Shown here: positions 1-9,691 of the stretch, piece by piece
Position numbering within the stretch: position 1 is the stretch's first letter
How the letters are laid out: the number at the start of each line of letters is the position of its first letter
Position numbers and translations under genes: made by a program
The notes under the pieces: generated by a model
The model's input: only the letters and a program-made list of their open reading frames with translations
What the model was told of the DNA's origin: nothing
Database searches by the model: none
Assembly (NCBI GenBank): GCA_963841435.1
Contig: CAWJCS010000006.1
Span: 192,001-256,000, forward strand
From: an uncultured delta proteobacterium
Lineage (GTDB): Bacteria > Myxococcota_A > Polyangia > Polyangiales > Polyangiaceae
Direction: 5' to 3'
Length of the DNA stretch: 64,000 nucleotides

Positions 1-632
1 CAAAAATTCGAAAACTTGAGGTACCGATCGCGGTCGGGGCGGTTCCACAGGTGCGGGAGGCCGATCGCGTGACCGAGTTCGTGGGAGTCGTAATAGGCGG
101 CGTTCCCAGGCGCAAGCGTCATGTCTTGCTGGCCCGTTCTCGCAATATTGCTGATCCCGCCGTTGCCGCCCGGGTGAATGGCTAGCCACCGACCATAGCT
201 GCTGCAGGTGTCGGTCGGGATGTCGCAGCGAAAGAGCGGAGGAGCCCCTCCGAGAGTTCTGGCGTTCCAGACCCCGATCCAGTTGGAGATGTTGCTGAGA
301 TCGCCGCCGGAGAACGTGAGTCCGTTTTCGCTCGTGATGATCTTGTAGGGGATGCCGGTCGCCGGCCAGAGCACACCACCGCAACGAACCTGCGAGCACG
401 TCGGTTGACAGGGAAGGGGAGCGCTGCATGACGCGCTCGACGTCGCCGCATTGTAGGACGGCGTAGTGCAGGCGTTGCCACAGGTGAACGCCTCGCTCTC
501 CGTGGCGACCTGCTCATTCCTCTCACCTACTGCCGCCGGGCCTTCGCACGAGACGAGCGTCGTCCCCGCAATCGTGAGCATTAGACAGGACCCGATACCC
601 GCCGCCCGAATCATTCCCACCTTCCCAATCAT
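1..632 (-). CDS. Astacin-like (M12A) zinc metalloprotease lipoprotein, 3' end beyond the window edge
   Basis: Hand translation from ATG at 632 (RBS GAGGAGGAG): MIGKVGMIRAAGIGSCLMLTIAGTTLVSC (lipobox), then LWPATGIPYKI and HELGHAIGLPHLWNRPDRDRY. The frame stays open to the window edge, so it is absent from the ORF track. Confidence 0.9.
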   Translation of the reverse strand, partial: MIGKVGMIRAAGIGSCLMLTIAGTTLVSCEGPAAVGERNEQVATESEAFTCGNACTTPSYNAATSSASCSAPLPCQPTCSQVRCGGVLWPATGIPYKIITSENGLTFSGGDLSNISNWIGVWNARTLGGAPPLFRCDIPTDTCSSYGRWLAIHPGGNGGISNIARTGQQDMTLAPGNAAYYDSHELGHAIGLPHLWNRPDRDRYLKFSNF

Positions 633-748
633 GGTCTCCTCCTCTCGCGCCCCCGTGGCGCGGCAGAAGTATCATGCAGCGTCTCCCACCAGTCAAGGCC
701 GTTGCGCCGGCACCACGCCGCCCGTCTCGTAACGTTTTTTGCCCGTTG

Positions 749-1180
749 CTACTTCGGCCAGGCCGCGACCTGGGCCGCGGTGTACGGATAGCGCGTGCCC
801 TCGAGCACCTCGGGCACCAGGTGTTTCGGCGTGGCTTCGTGCACCCAGTCCCACACGATCTTGGTGTTGTCGTCGCGGTTGTTGAACAGGACGATCGTGC
901 CGTCGGGGAAGAAGTCCGGGTCGTGCTGCCGCAGGGCGCCCGTGAACATCCATTTGATGGCGAGCGAGTCGTGATCCATCACGAAAACAGCGTTGATCTC
1001 GCGGAGCGAGACCAAGAGGTCGCCGGCGCGAAACATCGGAAACTCGCGCGCGAGCTCGGGCAAGAGCGGCTCCACGTCGTTCGAGTGCAGCAGGTCGTCG
1101 GTGACGTTGCTGCCCGCGTGCCAGATGAGCTCCCAGTAGCCGCTGTCGATCAGTGCCTTGGTGAGGATCACGTCGCGCAG
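749..1180 (-). pseudogene. Fragment of arylsulfotransferase (ASST)-like beta-propeller protein
   Basis: DLLHSNDVEPL, GDLLVSLREINAVFVMD and QHDPDFFPDGTIVLFNN motifs. No N-terminus, and far shorter than family members. Confidence 0.65.
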
Positions 1181-1422
1181 CGACCAGGAAAAGCAAGGGT
1201 GTTGTCGGTAGTGCAGGGAGGAGCGGACGGAGGGCGGCGAGGGTTCAGTGCGGCACAATTTGCAGCTATGCTGGAATTGGCGATGTGGTGAACGATCTCT
1301 TCCAGCGGGGCGCCGTTTGCGATCGCCGCCTGAATCGCTGAACGCACGTTTGCTTCATTCCGTTGAAGAAATTCGGCGCGCATCCTCGACTGCGCCTCGC
1401 GCTTTTCGTCCACATCAGTCAT
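1168..1422 (-). CDS. Small hypothetical protein
   Basis: 84-aa ORF whose N-terminal half looks protein-like and helical (MTDVDEKREAQSRMRAEFLQRNEANVRSAIQAAI). No motif. Confidence 0.35.
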   Translation of the reverse strand: MTDVDEKREAQSRMRAEFLQRNEANVRSAIQAAIANGAPLEEIVHHIANSSIAANCAALNPRRPPSAPPCTTDNTLAFPGRCAT

Positions 1423-1884
1423 GTGACGTTCTTCCTATCGATCTCGCTCCTCTCATCCAACGCGATCAGGAAGCGCCCGCGGAGGCCTTCAGACGCGCCT
1501 GGTCTTCATCGCCGATGACAGCGCAAACCTCCGGACCCTGTTCCTCGAAGAGGGCGCGTTGACCGCGGGTCGCTGAGCAACATCGCTAGCCGAGCGCCGG
1601 CGCAAAAAGCCGGAGCAATCGCGCTCGCCGCCGTCAACCTGGGCACTGGGTCGCCGCGCTGAGCAGTTGCTGGTGATCCTGCGAGCGGGGCAACGCTGAA
1701 CTCGCTGGAGGCGTCGTCGGGTTGTGCGAGCACAGGTCCGCTGATGAGAGCGAGTCTGAGCGATCGCTTTGCGCGAGTGTGAAGTTGATGGTTGACGAGC
1801 AATCCACGCCGGGCGTAAGAGTCTGGCCCTAGTTTGCCAGTGAAGCGGGGCGAGGGCGCTCGCGAACGAAGTGAGGAGGTTGCC

Positions 1885-4000
1885 ATGCGGAGGTGGATGA
1901 CGGGATTCGTTGGTGCTAAAAATGCTATTGTGATCGCTCTCTTGTTCCCAGCCGCGTGCGCGGGCCGGGGCGACGAGGTGGGGGGGGGGGTGAGACAACC
2001 TCCTACACGCAAGAGGCCCTGGTGGTTCCGTTCACCCTTCCGAGGAGTCGGTGACGGAGAAGGGCGAGATCGACACCAACACTCCGGGCCCCGCTGAAAT
2101 TGCTGCCGCCGTGCTCACACCGGCTCTTGCCTCGTGCCCAACCGCGGATCCTCACGTCTTCGTGAGCTACTCTTCGAGCTCGGTGCTTCGTGCGTCCCTT
2201 TCCTCCATGGGATACTCGGGAGGCCCCCTGGCGCTTCTCCCCGAGGGCTCCCTGCCGATCACCGCGAGCTGTATCGGCAGTCTTCTTCCCGGTTACCCGC
2301 CGTCGCCGTACGGCCCCCTCTACGGCTATCCGATCCAACCGGGTGGCATCCCGTACTTGCAGCACAGCTCGGGCACCGACAACGTCATGGCGCGGTTGCC
2401 GACGGGGAACTTGCTGGAAGTGGGGGGAATCGAGCGCGCCTGCCGGGACCCGATCTCCGAAACCCTGTCCGGATGCCCCACCACCGCCCCCGCTGAGGGC
2501 TCCGCCTGCAGCACCGGCACGAACCCGCCGCGCTGCTCGTACAAGCCCATCACCCCGCCGGGTGATGGCACGGATCGAGTCTGCGGTTGTTACTTCAACC
2601 CGGCAGCGGACATCCCCGCGGTCCGTAGCGGCATGGGGCCGGACGTGACCATCACGGGCACGGCCGTGTCTGCGGCGCTCGGGCTCATCACCGTCACGAA
2701 CAGCGGCGCCCTCGGCACGGCGCTGATGAGCTGGTCGTACGGCGCCCAGTCCGGGACGTCCGTGCCAATCGCGACCACCGTCACGCTCGGCACGACGGGC
2801 CAGACCGCCAATTTCCCGGCGGGAAACTACGTTGCCGGGACGACGTACAGCTGGACGCACGACACCTGGCACTGCTTGCCGAGGCGGCTCGAGGCAGCCG
2901 GCCTCGGGGTCCGACTCTCGAACGACTGCGGTGGCAACTGGGACGCCCGAACGGTCTTCCCGTACGAGCTGGGTGTCACGGGCGGGCGCGCCGTCAACCG
3001 CTTCGAGCTCTACGTGGACCCCTACGAAGACCGATTCTTCATCAGCAGCTACGCGGGCGCGGGCGCGACCGCCAACCGCGTCATCATCGTCAAGGGCTCG
3101 CCGAAGACCGCGACGAATCTGGGCGCAATGAGCTTCAGCGTGTACCGCGACGAGGAGCGGAGCGGCCTGCCCGCGGTCGTGACCACAGTGCTCGATGAGA
3201 AGGCGCGTTTGCCGGGCGGCACGTTCGGCAGGTGGGTGCACGTGGTGACGGCGAGGTGCACTGACCCTCCTGACAAAGCCCCGCTGGTCGATATCCAGAC
3301 CCCGTTCGGTCTGCGCGTGGTAGACTTGAGTCTCGGCCGCTCGGCAGATTTTATTTGCGACAACGCCAAGTCGCTGCCAATCCAAAACGGCTTCACTTAT
3401 AACCGCTCGCCCAACATCACCGCCGTCGGCATCCCATCGGTCCCCCCGCGCGTTCGCGTCGTGTACCACGGCATTCGTTCGGATGGCGCCCAGGTGGTGC
3501 ACAGCTTCCTCGTCACCCTGTCGAGCCGCAACGGCTACGATGCCGCGGCCATGCAGGCTCAGCTCGTGCATGAATTCACACTCGAGGATACCGCCGGCAG
3601 CCGGGACATGGCGTTGCCAGCGTTGATGGGCGTGGATGGGCTCGCCGGCTCCGATGCCCTCACCGACACGCCGATGGTCCTCCGCTACGCGCGCGCCGAC
3701 CCGAACACGGTCAACGCCCGAGCAACGGTCATCTACTCCGGCCTTCGCCGTTCGACGGATCTCGACCTCGGATCGTCCAACTTCAGCCAGATGTTTGTAG
3801 GCGCCTGCCCGGGGATGCTCACCCAGAGCAACGGCTGGACCAATCCGTGTGCCTTCGGCGACTATGAGTACGGCGCGTTCTTCGACAAGAGCGCCTCGGG
3901 CGAGCTCAGGTTCTTCACGCCGTACGGGGGGCAGTCGCTCGCCATGCCGCCCGCGCCGGGGATCTTCGCGATTGGGACGGTCGTCGATGTCGCGCCGTAG
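1885..4000 (+). CDS. Large secreted lipoprotein with an Asp-box (BNR)-like motif; N-terminus split by two apparent frameshifts
   Basis: RBS GAGGAGG plus ATG at 1885 gives MRRWMTGFVGAKNAIVIALLFPAAC. A G11 tract (1980-1990) follows, then GETTSYTQEALVVPFT in a second frame, then the 649-aa ORF (2051..4000) in a third frame. The body contains SNDCGGNW and a Cys-rich insert. Confidence 0.7.
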
Positions 4001-4691
4001 CGTCGTCATCGCGCTCGTGCTCGCTGCTGCGACGGGCGCGGGTTGCGGGCGGTCAACGTCAGGCGCGCAGCCTGCGGCCGCAGAGGGAGGAGAGACCGCT
4101 GCTGGCGGCAGGGGCGGCAGTGGAGCACCAGGCTCGGGCGGGTCCGAGGCTGGTGCAGACGACGGCCGAGGGAATCAGAGCGGGAGCGACTCGGGCGCTG
4201 GCAGCTCGCAAATGGGCGGAAGCGGTGGTGACGGAGTCGCCGGCGCTGGCGAGAGCTCTGGAGACGCTGGAGGCGGGGCAACGGCGAGCGGCGGCACTGC
4301 AGGCTCGGAGACGGGTGGAAGCGCCGGCTCGACGGGGGGCTCCGGCGCCGGCGGGGACGCCTGTCTGGGCCCGCCGGGCTGTTGGCTGCGGGGCAAGTCT
4401 TGTGGCTCAGGGGCCGTGGGCTTCGAGTGTCCTGGCTGGGAGCCTCCCGACGGCTGCTTCAACTGTCTTGATTCGTCCACGGAAGACTTCCAGTGCCCGC
4501 ATGGACCACCCTGCAACATCTGCTGCTGCGAGCCCTCGCGGGGGGGGTGTGAAGACGAGGTGCCGGGGGGATGCGTGGGCTATCCGTCCACTCCCAACGC
4601 CTATTTCTGCATCACGCCGTACGACGTGCCAGAACCCGGCTGCATATTCATCAGGACGACCGATGGTATCGACAAGGTCTGCTGCCCCTGA
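3987..4691 (+). CDS. Gly-rich, Cys-rich lipoprotein (copy A)
   Basis: MSRRSVVIALVLAAATGAGC signal/lipobox, Gly/Ser linker and a C-terminal multi-Cys domain ending CCP. It overlaps the stop of the upstream gene. Confidence 0.8.
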   Translation: MSRRSVVIALVLAAATGAGCGRSTSGAQPAAAEGGETAAGGRGGSGAPGSGGSEAGADDGRGNQSGSDSGAGSSQMGGSGGDGVAGAGESSGDAGGGATASGGTAGSETGGSAGSTGGSGAGGDACLGPPGCWLRGKSCGSGAVGFECPGWEPPDGCFNCLDSSTEDFQCPHGPPCNICCCEPSRGGCEDEVPGGCVGYPSTPNAYFCITPYDVPEPGCIFIRTTDGIDKVCCP

Positions 4692-4727
4692 CGCACGCCA
4701 TTTGCGCAGCTGCTTCGCGCCGCGGCC

Positions 4728-5177
4728 ATGCAGGCGCAGCTCGTGCACGAGTTCACGCTCGAGGATACCGCCGGCAGCCGGCACATGGCGCTTCCAGCGC
4801 TGATGGGAGTCAACGGCCTCGCCGGCTCCGATGCCCTCACCGACACGCCGATGGTCCTCCGCTACGTGCGCGCCGACCCGACGACGGTCAACGCGCGGGC
4901 GACGGTCGTCTACTCGGGCCTTCGCCGTTCGACGGATCTCGACCTCGGATCGTCCAACTTCAGCCAGATGTTTGTAGGCGCCTGCCCGGGGATGCTCACC
5001 CAGAGCAACGGCTGGACCAATCCGTGTGCCTTCGGCGACTATGAGTACGGCGCGTTCTTCGACAAGAGCGCCTCGGGCGAGCTCAGGTTCTTCACGCCGT
5101 ACGGGGGGCAGTCGCTTGCCATGCCGCCCGCGTCCGGGATCTTCGCGATTGGGACGGTCGTCGATGTGGCGCCTTAG
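4728..5177 (+). pseudogene. Duplicated C-terminal 149 aa of the large secreted protein
   Basis: Near-identical to the segment encoded at 3551..4000. Lacks the N-terminal ~500 aa and any signal peptide. Confidence 0.85.
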
Positions 5178-5869
5178 CGTCGTCATCGCGCTCGTGCTCG
5201 CTGCTGCGACGGGCGCGGGTTGCGGGCGGTCGAACGTCAGGCGCGCAGCCTGCGGCCGCAGAAGGAGGGGAGACCGCTGCTGGCGGCAAGGGCGGCAGTG
5301 GAGCACCAGGCTCGGGCGGTTCCGAGGCTGGTGCAGACGGCGGCCGAGGGAATCAGAGCGGGAGCGACTCGGGCGCTGGCAGCTCGCAAATGGGCGGAAG
5401 CGGTGGTGACGGAGTTGCCGGCGCTGGCGAGAGCTCTGGAGCCGTTGGAGGCGGGGTAACCGCAGGCGGCGGCACTGCAGGCTCGGAGACGGGTGGACGC
5501 GCCGGCTCGACGGGGGGCTCCGGCGCCGGCGGGGACGCCAGTCTGGGCCCGCCGGGCTGTTGGCTGCGGGGCAAGTCTTGTGGCTCAGGGGCCGTGGGCT
5601 TCGAGTGTCCTGGCTGGGAGCCTCCCGACGGCTGCTTCTACTGTCTTGATTCGTCCACGGAAGACTTCCAGTGCCCTCATGGGCCACCCTGCAACATCTG
5701 CTGCTGCGAGCCCTCGCGGGGGGGGTGTGAAGACGTGGTGCCGGGCGGCTGCGTCGGATACCCCTCCACGCCGGACAGCTACAGGTGCGTCGCGCCCTAT
5801 GAGCCCCCTGTGCCGGGCTGCGTGGTCCTCGGTACCACCGACGGAATCGACGCATTGTGTTGTCCCTAG
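5164..5869 (+). pseudogene. Gly/Cys-rich lipoprotein (copy B) with a +1 frameshift near 5232
   Basis: MWRLSVVIALVLAAATGAGC start. ggtcgaacgtc versus ggtcaacgtc in copy A (extra G). 706 nt versus 705 nt. Confidence 0.8.
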
Positions 5870-6945
5870 TATGCCGCGTGTGAGATCCGAGCAAGCATGC
5901 GGCGATGGTCTCGGATGAGGCGACGGGGCTTCTTGGTCCAGATGAAGGGTGTCGGGCTCCTGTTCCAGCGATCGAGAAACGCCTGGATGTGCTTGCGCAG
6001 CGCGGTTTTGGTCTGGAAGTCGCCGTGACGGAGGGATTGCCTGGTCAGGATGCTGAAAAGCGCTTCGACCTGGTTCAGCCAGGAGGCGCTCGTGGGCGTG
6101 TAGTGGAATCGGATGTTGGGGTGACGCTGGAGCCAGCGCTGCACGGCCGGAGTGGCATGGGCCGACGAGTTGTCGAGGATCACGTGCAGCTCTTGGCCGC
6201 GGTACTGCCGGGCCAGGAGGCGGAGAAATCCCAGAAATTCCTTGGAGGTGTGGCGGTCGGTGCACTGGTGGCTGACCTCGCCCGTCGCGACATTCAACGC
6301 CGCGTAGAGGTCGAGCACGCCGTGCCGCTCGTAGTCGTGCATGAAGCGTTTCACCTTGCCGGGCCGAAGCGGGAGCATGAGTTGCGTGCGCTCGAGGGCC
6401 TGGATCTGGGTCTTTTCGTCCACGCTGAGCACGACCGCGTTCTGCGGAGGGTTGAGGTAGAGGCCGACAACGTCGCGCACCTTGGCCGAGAAGTTCGGGT
6501 CTCTGCTGACCTTGAAGGTTCGAGCCAGGTGAGGCTTCAGGTCGTTTGCGCGAAGCACCTTGGCCACGGTCGCGCTCGTCAATTTCACCCGTGCTCCGAG
6601 CAGCCGCGTCAACCAGCGCCCGTAACCCGCCGGTGGCGGCGACATCACCAGCGAAATGATGCGCTCCACCTGCGCTGGCGTGACGGCGTGGTCCTTGCGC
6701 CCCGCCTTGGGCCGATCGGCGAGGCCGGTAACTCTGCCGCGCTCGAAGCGCTTTCGGATCTGCGACACCCGCGGTGGTGTCAGCGCAAGGCGGCGGCTGA
6801 TTTCCCGGCCTGGAACACCCTGCGCTGCCAACAGCACGACCCGCGCTCTGCGGACGTGCCCGGCCCGCGCCGTCCGCCTTCGCACCAACTCTTCCAACTC
6901 CCGCTGCTCGCTGGGTGTGACCTTCAACGGCTTCGTCGTGTTCAT
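5866..6945 (-). CDS. IS630-family DDE transposase
   Basis: N-terminal HTHs and the DDE triad VLSVDEKTQIQAL / VILDNSSAH / SWLNQVE. Confidence 0.95.
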   Translation of the reverse strand: MNTTKPLKVTPSEQRELEELVRRRTARAGHVRRARVVLLAAQGVPGREISRRLALTPPRVSQIRKRFERGRVTGLADRPKAGRKDHAVTPAQVERIISLVMSPPPAGYGRWLTRLLGARVKLTSATVAKVLRANDLKPHLARTFKVSRDPNFSAKVRDVVGLYLNPPQNAVVLSVDEKTQIQALERTQLMLPLRPGKVKRFMHDYERHGVLDLYAALNVATGEVSHQCTDRHTSKEFLGFLRLLARQYRGQELHVILDNSSAHATPAVQRWLQRHPNIRFHYTPTSASWLNQVEALFSILTRQSLRHGDFQTKTALRKHIQAFLDRWNRSPTPFIWTKKPRRLIRDHRRMLARISHAAY

Positions 6946-7005
6946 GCAGCGGCGAACGCATCATGCCACCCAAAAATTCCCCCTAACTCACATGCGGAGC
7001 ACTAG
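5866..7005 (-). mobile_element. IS630-family insertion sequence, apparently complete
   Basis: CTAG at both ends (5866-5869 and 7002-7005). Imperfect terminal inverted repeats ctagtatgccgcgtgtgag / ctcacatgcggagcactag. Single transposase ORF. Confidence 0.93.
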
Positions 7006-7099
7006 TGCAAGCAGCGAGCACGGGGCAACGGCTGGAGGCGGCGAGCCGGACGAGGTCACCGAGCGGTCTGCTCGCTCACTCGGCGCGGCCGTCGAGGCC

Positions 7100-7350
7100 A
7101 AAACGGCGGACGACCCCGAGGCGGTCGAGAGCACATGCACTCGCGACGCACGCTCCCGATGAAGCGTTCACAGATCGCATTCATGTTCGGCGCGCGCACT
7201 GCGGTCCTGACGGTTTCAGCGACGCGCTCGAACTCGCGCCGAACTTGTCGTCGCGGTCGAGGGCGATGAAGCGCGGCCCCTACTCGAGCGGCGTGGCAGT
7301 CCTGAGTTGCTGCGCCGTCCAGTGTTGGGTGGGTGCACGCGTCACCGCAA
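7100..7350. mobile_element. Possible decayed remnant of an integrase-core-type IS flank
   Basis: No credible gene. The translation (HALATHAPDEAFTDRIHVRRAH...LLRRPVLGG) recalls conserved flanks of integrase-core elements; this is recollection only. Confidence 0.25.
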
Positions 7351-7637
7351 GACGGGCCAATTCGCGGGACCAGGTCATAAGGGGCGCCCGGAGCTCGACG
7401 TAGCCCTATGTCACGAACGCTCGAATCGAGGCAGTCGTTGGGGCAGAGATCCCGGGCGCGTCGAGCATCGTGATCTTTGCAAAGCTCCAGCCATTCGCCC
7501 TGCGAGGTCGTCGGCGGATGACGCCGTCCTGCTGGCGCTTGCTGTGCAGAACGGCATTGAGATTGTCGTCATGACCGGAGGGTCCTGAGGGATGGCCTTC
7601 CCAGTCACGAGCGACCACCGAGCCACGTTCGCAGCAG

Positions 7638-7934
7638 GTGCTCAACGCCCGAAGGCATCGGAGCGGGATCGAGGCGGCCGGAGCCGGAGCAGTACTCACA
7701 GGGCTTGACCGTGCTCAACGCCCGAAGGCATCGGAGCGGGATCGAGGATTTCGCGAATCGCAAGTCGGCCGCGTGCAAGCGGTGCTCAACGCCCGAAGGC
7801 ATCGGAGCGGGATCGAGGGGCCGAGCCGGTCGGGCGGGGCGGGCGAGGCGTCTCGTGCTCAACGCCCGAAGGCATCGGAGCGGGATCGAGTACAGAGCCT
7901 GCGGCTCCCACGTAAACGAGGGCGGTGCTCAACG
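7638..7934 (-). CRISPR. CRISPR array fragment: 4 identical 36-bp repeats, a 10-bp partial repeat and 4 spacers; no cas genes in the window
   Basis: GTGCTCAACGCCCGAAGGCATCGGAGCGGGATCGAG at 7638, 7711, 7782 and 7855, and partial GTGCTCAACG at 7925. Unique spacers of 37, 35, 37 and 34 bp. The minus strand folds GAUGCC-UUCG-GGCGUU and ends GTTGAGCAC. Confidence 0.95.
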
Positions 7935-8558
7935 ACAACGTCTTCGTTGGTCAAGAACAGCCGCTCGCAGTCCGGGATCCTGAGACCGTAGCGGCTTGCC
8001 AGCGAGAAGACCGGTGACCACAGCGGATTTGCCGTCGAGAGCAAGAGGCGCCCGCCGTCGCGCAGTGCCGTGCGGATCTTGTCGAGCGCGCGCCCCACGT
8101 CTTCCATGTATTCGAGCGTGTTGATCAGGAGGACGGCGTCGAAGCTTTCGTCGCCCTCGAAGTCTTCGATGGCCTGAATGCGAAAATCGAGAATCCGGAT
8201 GGTCTTTTCGTGCCGCCTGCACCATGCCAGGGCTGAGATCGATGCCGAGCCCCTCGCGAGGAGCCACCGCTCGGAGCACGTCGCCGCGGCCCGAGCCAAC
8301 GTCCAGCACCTTGCGGCCGGGCGGGACGAGCGAGCGGCACCAGGCCGTGATGTGGCCGTTGTAGTAGGCGTTCTGCTGCTTCAATCGGGGGTAATCGTCC
8401 GCGATGGCCTGGAAGTGGTCGCGAATGCGCGCGTTGTGCGTCGAAGGCGACGCACTCCACCGGAGTGCCCGTGCGTCGCTCCGGTCGCGCGCGGGCGCGA
8501 CGCTCTCCACCACGGAAAGGTCCGCGGATACTGCTTCGGCTCTCTCGAGTAACATCAT
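7935..8558 (-). pseudogene. Class I SAM-dependent methyltransferase, frameshifted near 8185 and 3'-truncated at the CRISPR array
   Basis: VLDVGSGRG motif I in one frame. ESFDAVLLINTLEY and LRDGGRLLL continue in another frame after a T4 run. The reading runs into the partial repeat after NEDVV. Confidence 0.85.
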
Positions 8559-9037
8559 CAAAGCTCCCCAGCGTTCGCCGACGTCGGTCGTCGCCCGCGA
8601 TCCGCCACCGAACCCGCCACCAAGACCCGCCACCAATCGGGTCATCGAAAGACCAACCTCCGAAAGGGACGGCCCCACGCGTCGTGCGAGAGGCACGCCC
8701 CGACGCGCGGCGGCGCGCGCGCGGAGCAGCGTGTCGCCGATCTGCTGCGCGCGTCGCGTCGAACCGCTGCTCGGTGGGGCGCGGAGGCGAGTCCGAGGCT
8801 GTGCCTGAATGTGCCAGCCCCTGTCGTCGCTGCCACGGTACCCGGGAGCCGAACGCACCCGGTGCGTCCCGGATCCGGGCGCCGCTCGGGTAAGAATCGC
8901 GGCCGTTGCGGCCGCGGCGAGTCGAGCCACGCCGTCACGGTGCGTCGGAGGTGCAACGTGCGGGCCAACCTGCGCGCGCCGCCGTAGAAGCGGTCGTCGA
9001 ACGCGACCTGGTCATCGCAGCTCGCGTGTCAGCTCAC

Positions 9038-9691
9038 TCAGCCGGCCGCTGGCTTGCTGGCGCTAATCGCCCATTGGGCGGCGAAGGCGCGCGCGTAAGC
9101 GGGCCGCGCTTCGCCGCGGGCGACGTAGGCAGCCAAGCTCGGAAATTCGTCCAGAATGCCCGATGGCCTCAGCCTGAGCAGCACCGACACCATCATCAGG
9201 TCGCCGGCGCTGAAGGCGCCATCGAGCCAGTCGGCATCGCCCAGGCGAGCGGAGAGTTGGCTGAGCCTGCCGCGAGCGCGATCTTTCACTAGAGGAAGGC
9301 GCTCCGCAGTCCAGGGCTTGTCGCTCTCGAGCAGCTTCGCCGTTGCAAGCTCGAGGATCGGCGGTTCCACCGTACTGAGCGCGGCAAACATCCACGCGAT
9401 TGCGCGCGCGCGGGCATTTTCATCCGCTGGCAGCAGGCCTGCGTGGCGTTCGGCGATGTGGAGCACGATAGCTCCCGATTCGAACAGCGCGAGATCGCCG
9501 TCCTCGTAGGTGGGAATCGCGCCGAAGGGATGAAGCGCCAGATGCGCGGGCTCCTTCAGCGCGCGAAATGAAACCAGGCGGACCTCGTAAGGCTGGCCCA
9601 CTTCTTCGAGCGCCCAGCGCACGCGCGTATCACGCGCGAGTCCCTTGCCGCCATCGGGCGAGCGTTCGAAGGCGGTGATGGTGATGGTCAT
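9038..9691 (-). CDS. Glutathione S-transferase family protein
   Basis: HPFGAIP, LFESGAI and FSAGD motifs; RBS GAAGGAG. Confidence 0.93.
   Translation of the reverse strand: MTITITAFERSPDGGKGLARDTRVRWALEEVGQPYEVRLVSFRALKEPAHLALHPFGAIPTYEDGDLALFESGAIVLHIAERHAGLLPADENARARAIAWMFAALSTVEPPILELATAKLLESDKPWTAERLPLVKDRARGRLSQLSARLGDADWLDGAFSAGDLMMVSVLLRLRPSGILDEFPSLAAYVARGEARPAYARAFAAQWAISASKPAAG

Larger units (their letters stand above)
3542..5869. repeat. Imperfect tandem duplication, offset 1177 bp (copy A 3542-4691, copy B 4719-5869)
   Basis: gccgcggccatgcaggc starts both copies. MQAQLVHEFTLEDTAGS...VVDVAP and the downstream lipoprotein gene are both repeated. Confidence 0.95.

Noticed and set aside
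1824-1838. Sigma54 promoter upstream of the large lipoprotein
   Set aside because: The spacing is GG-N9-GC, not the required N10.
4560-5869. Diversity-generating retroelement TR/VR pair at the variable lipoprotein tips
   Set aside because: Differences are not adenine-specific, are largely synonymous third-position changes, and no reverse transcriptase is in the window.
7410-7637. cas gene remnant or degenerate terminal repeat left of the array
   Set aside because: I found no repeat similarity at the expected spacing and no recognisable Cas motif in the translated frames.
5866-7934. IS630 transposase functionally linked to the CRISPR array (RNA-guided transposon)
   Set aside because: The IS is closed by its own inverted repeats at 7005, the array lies ~630 bp outside, and no Cas, TnpB or TniQ-like ORF is present.
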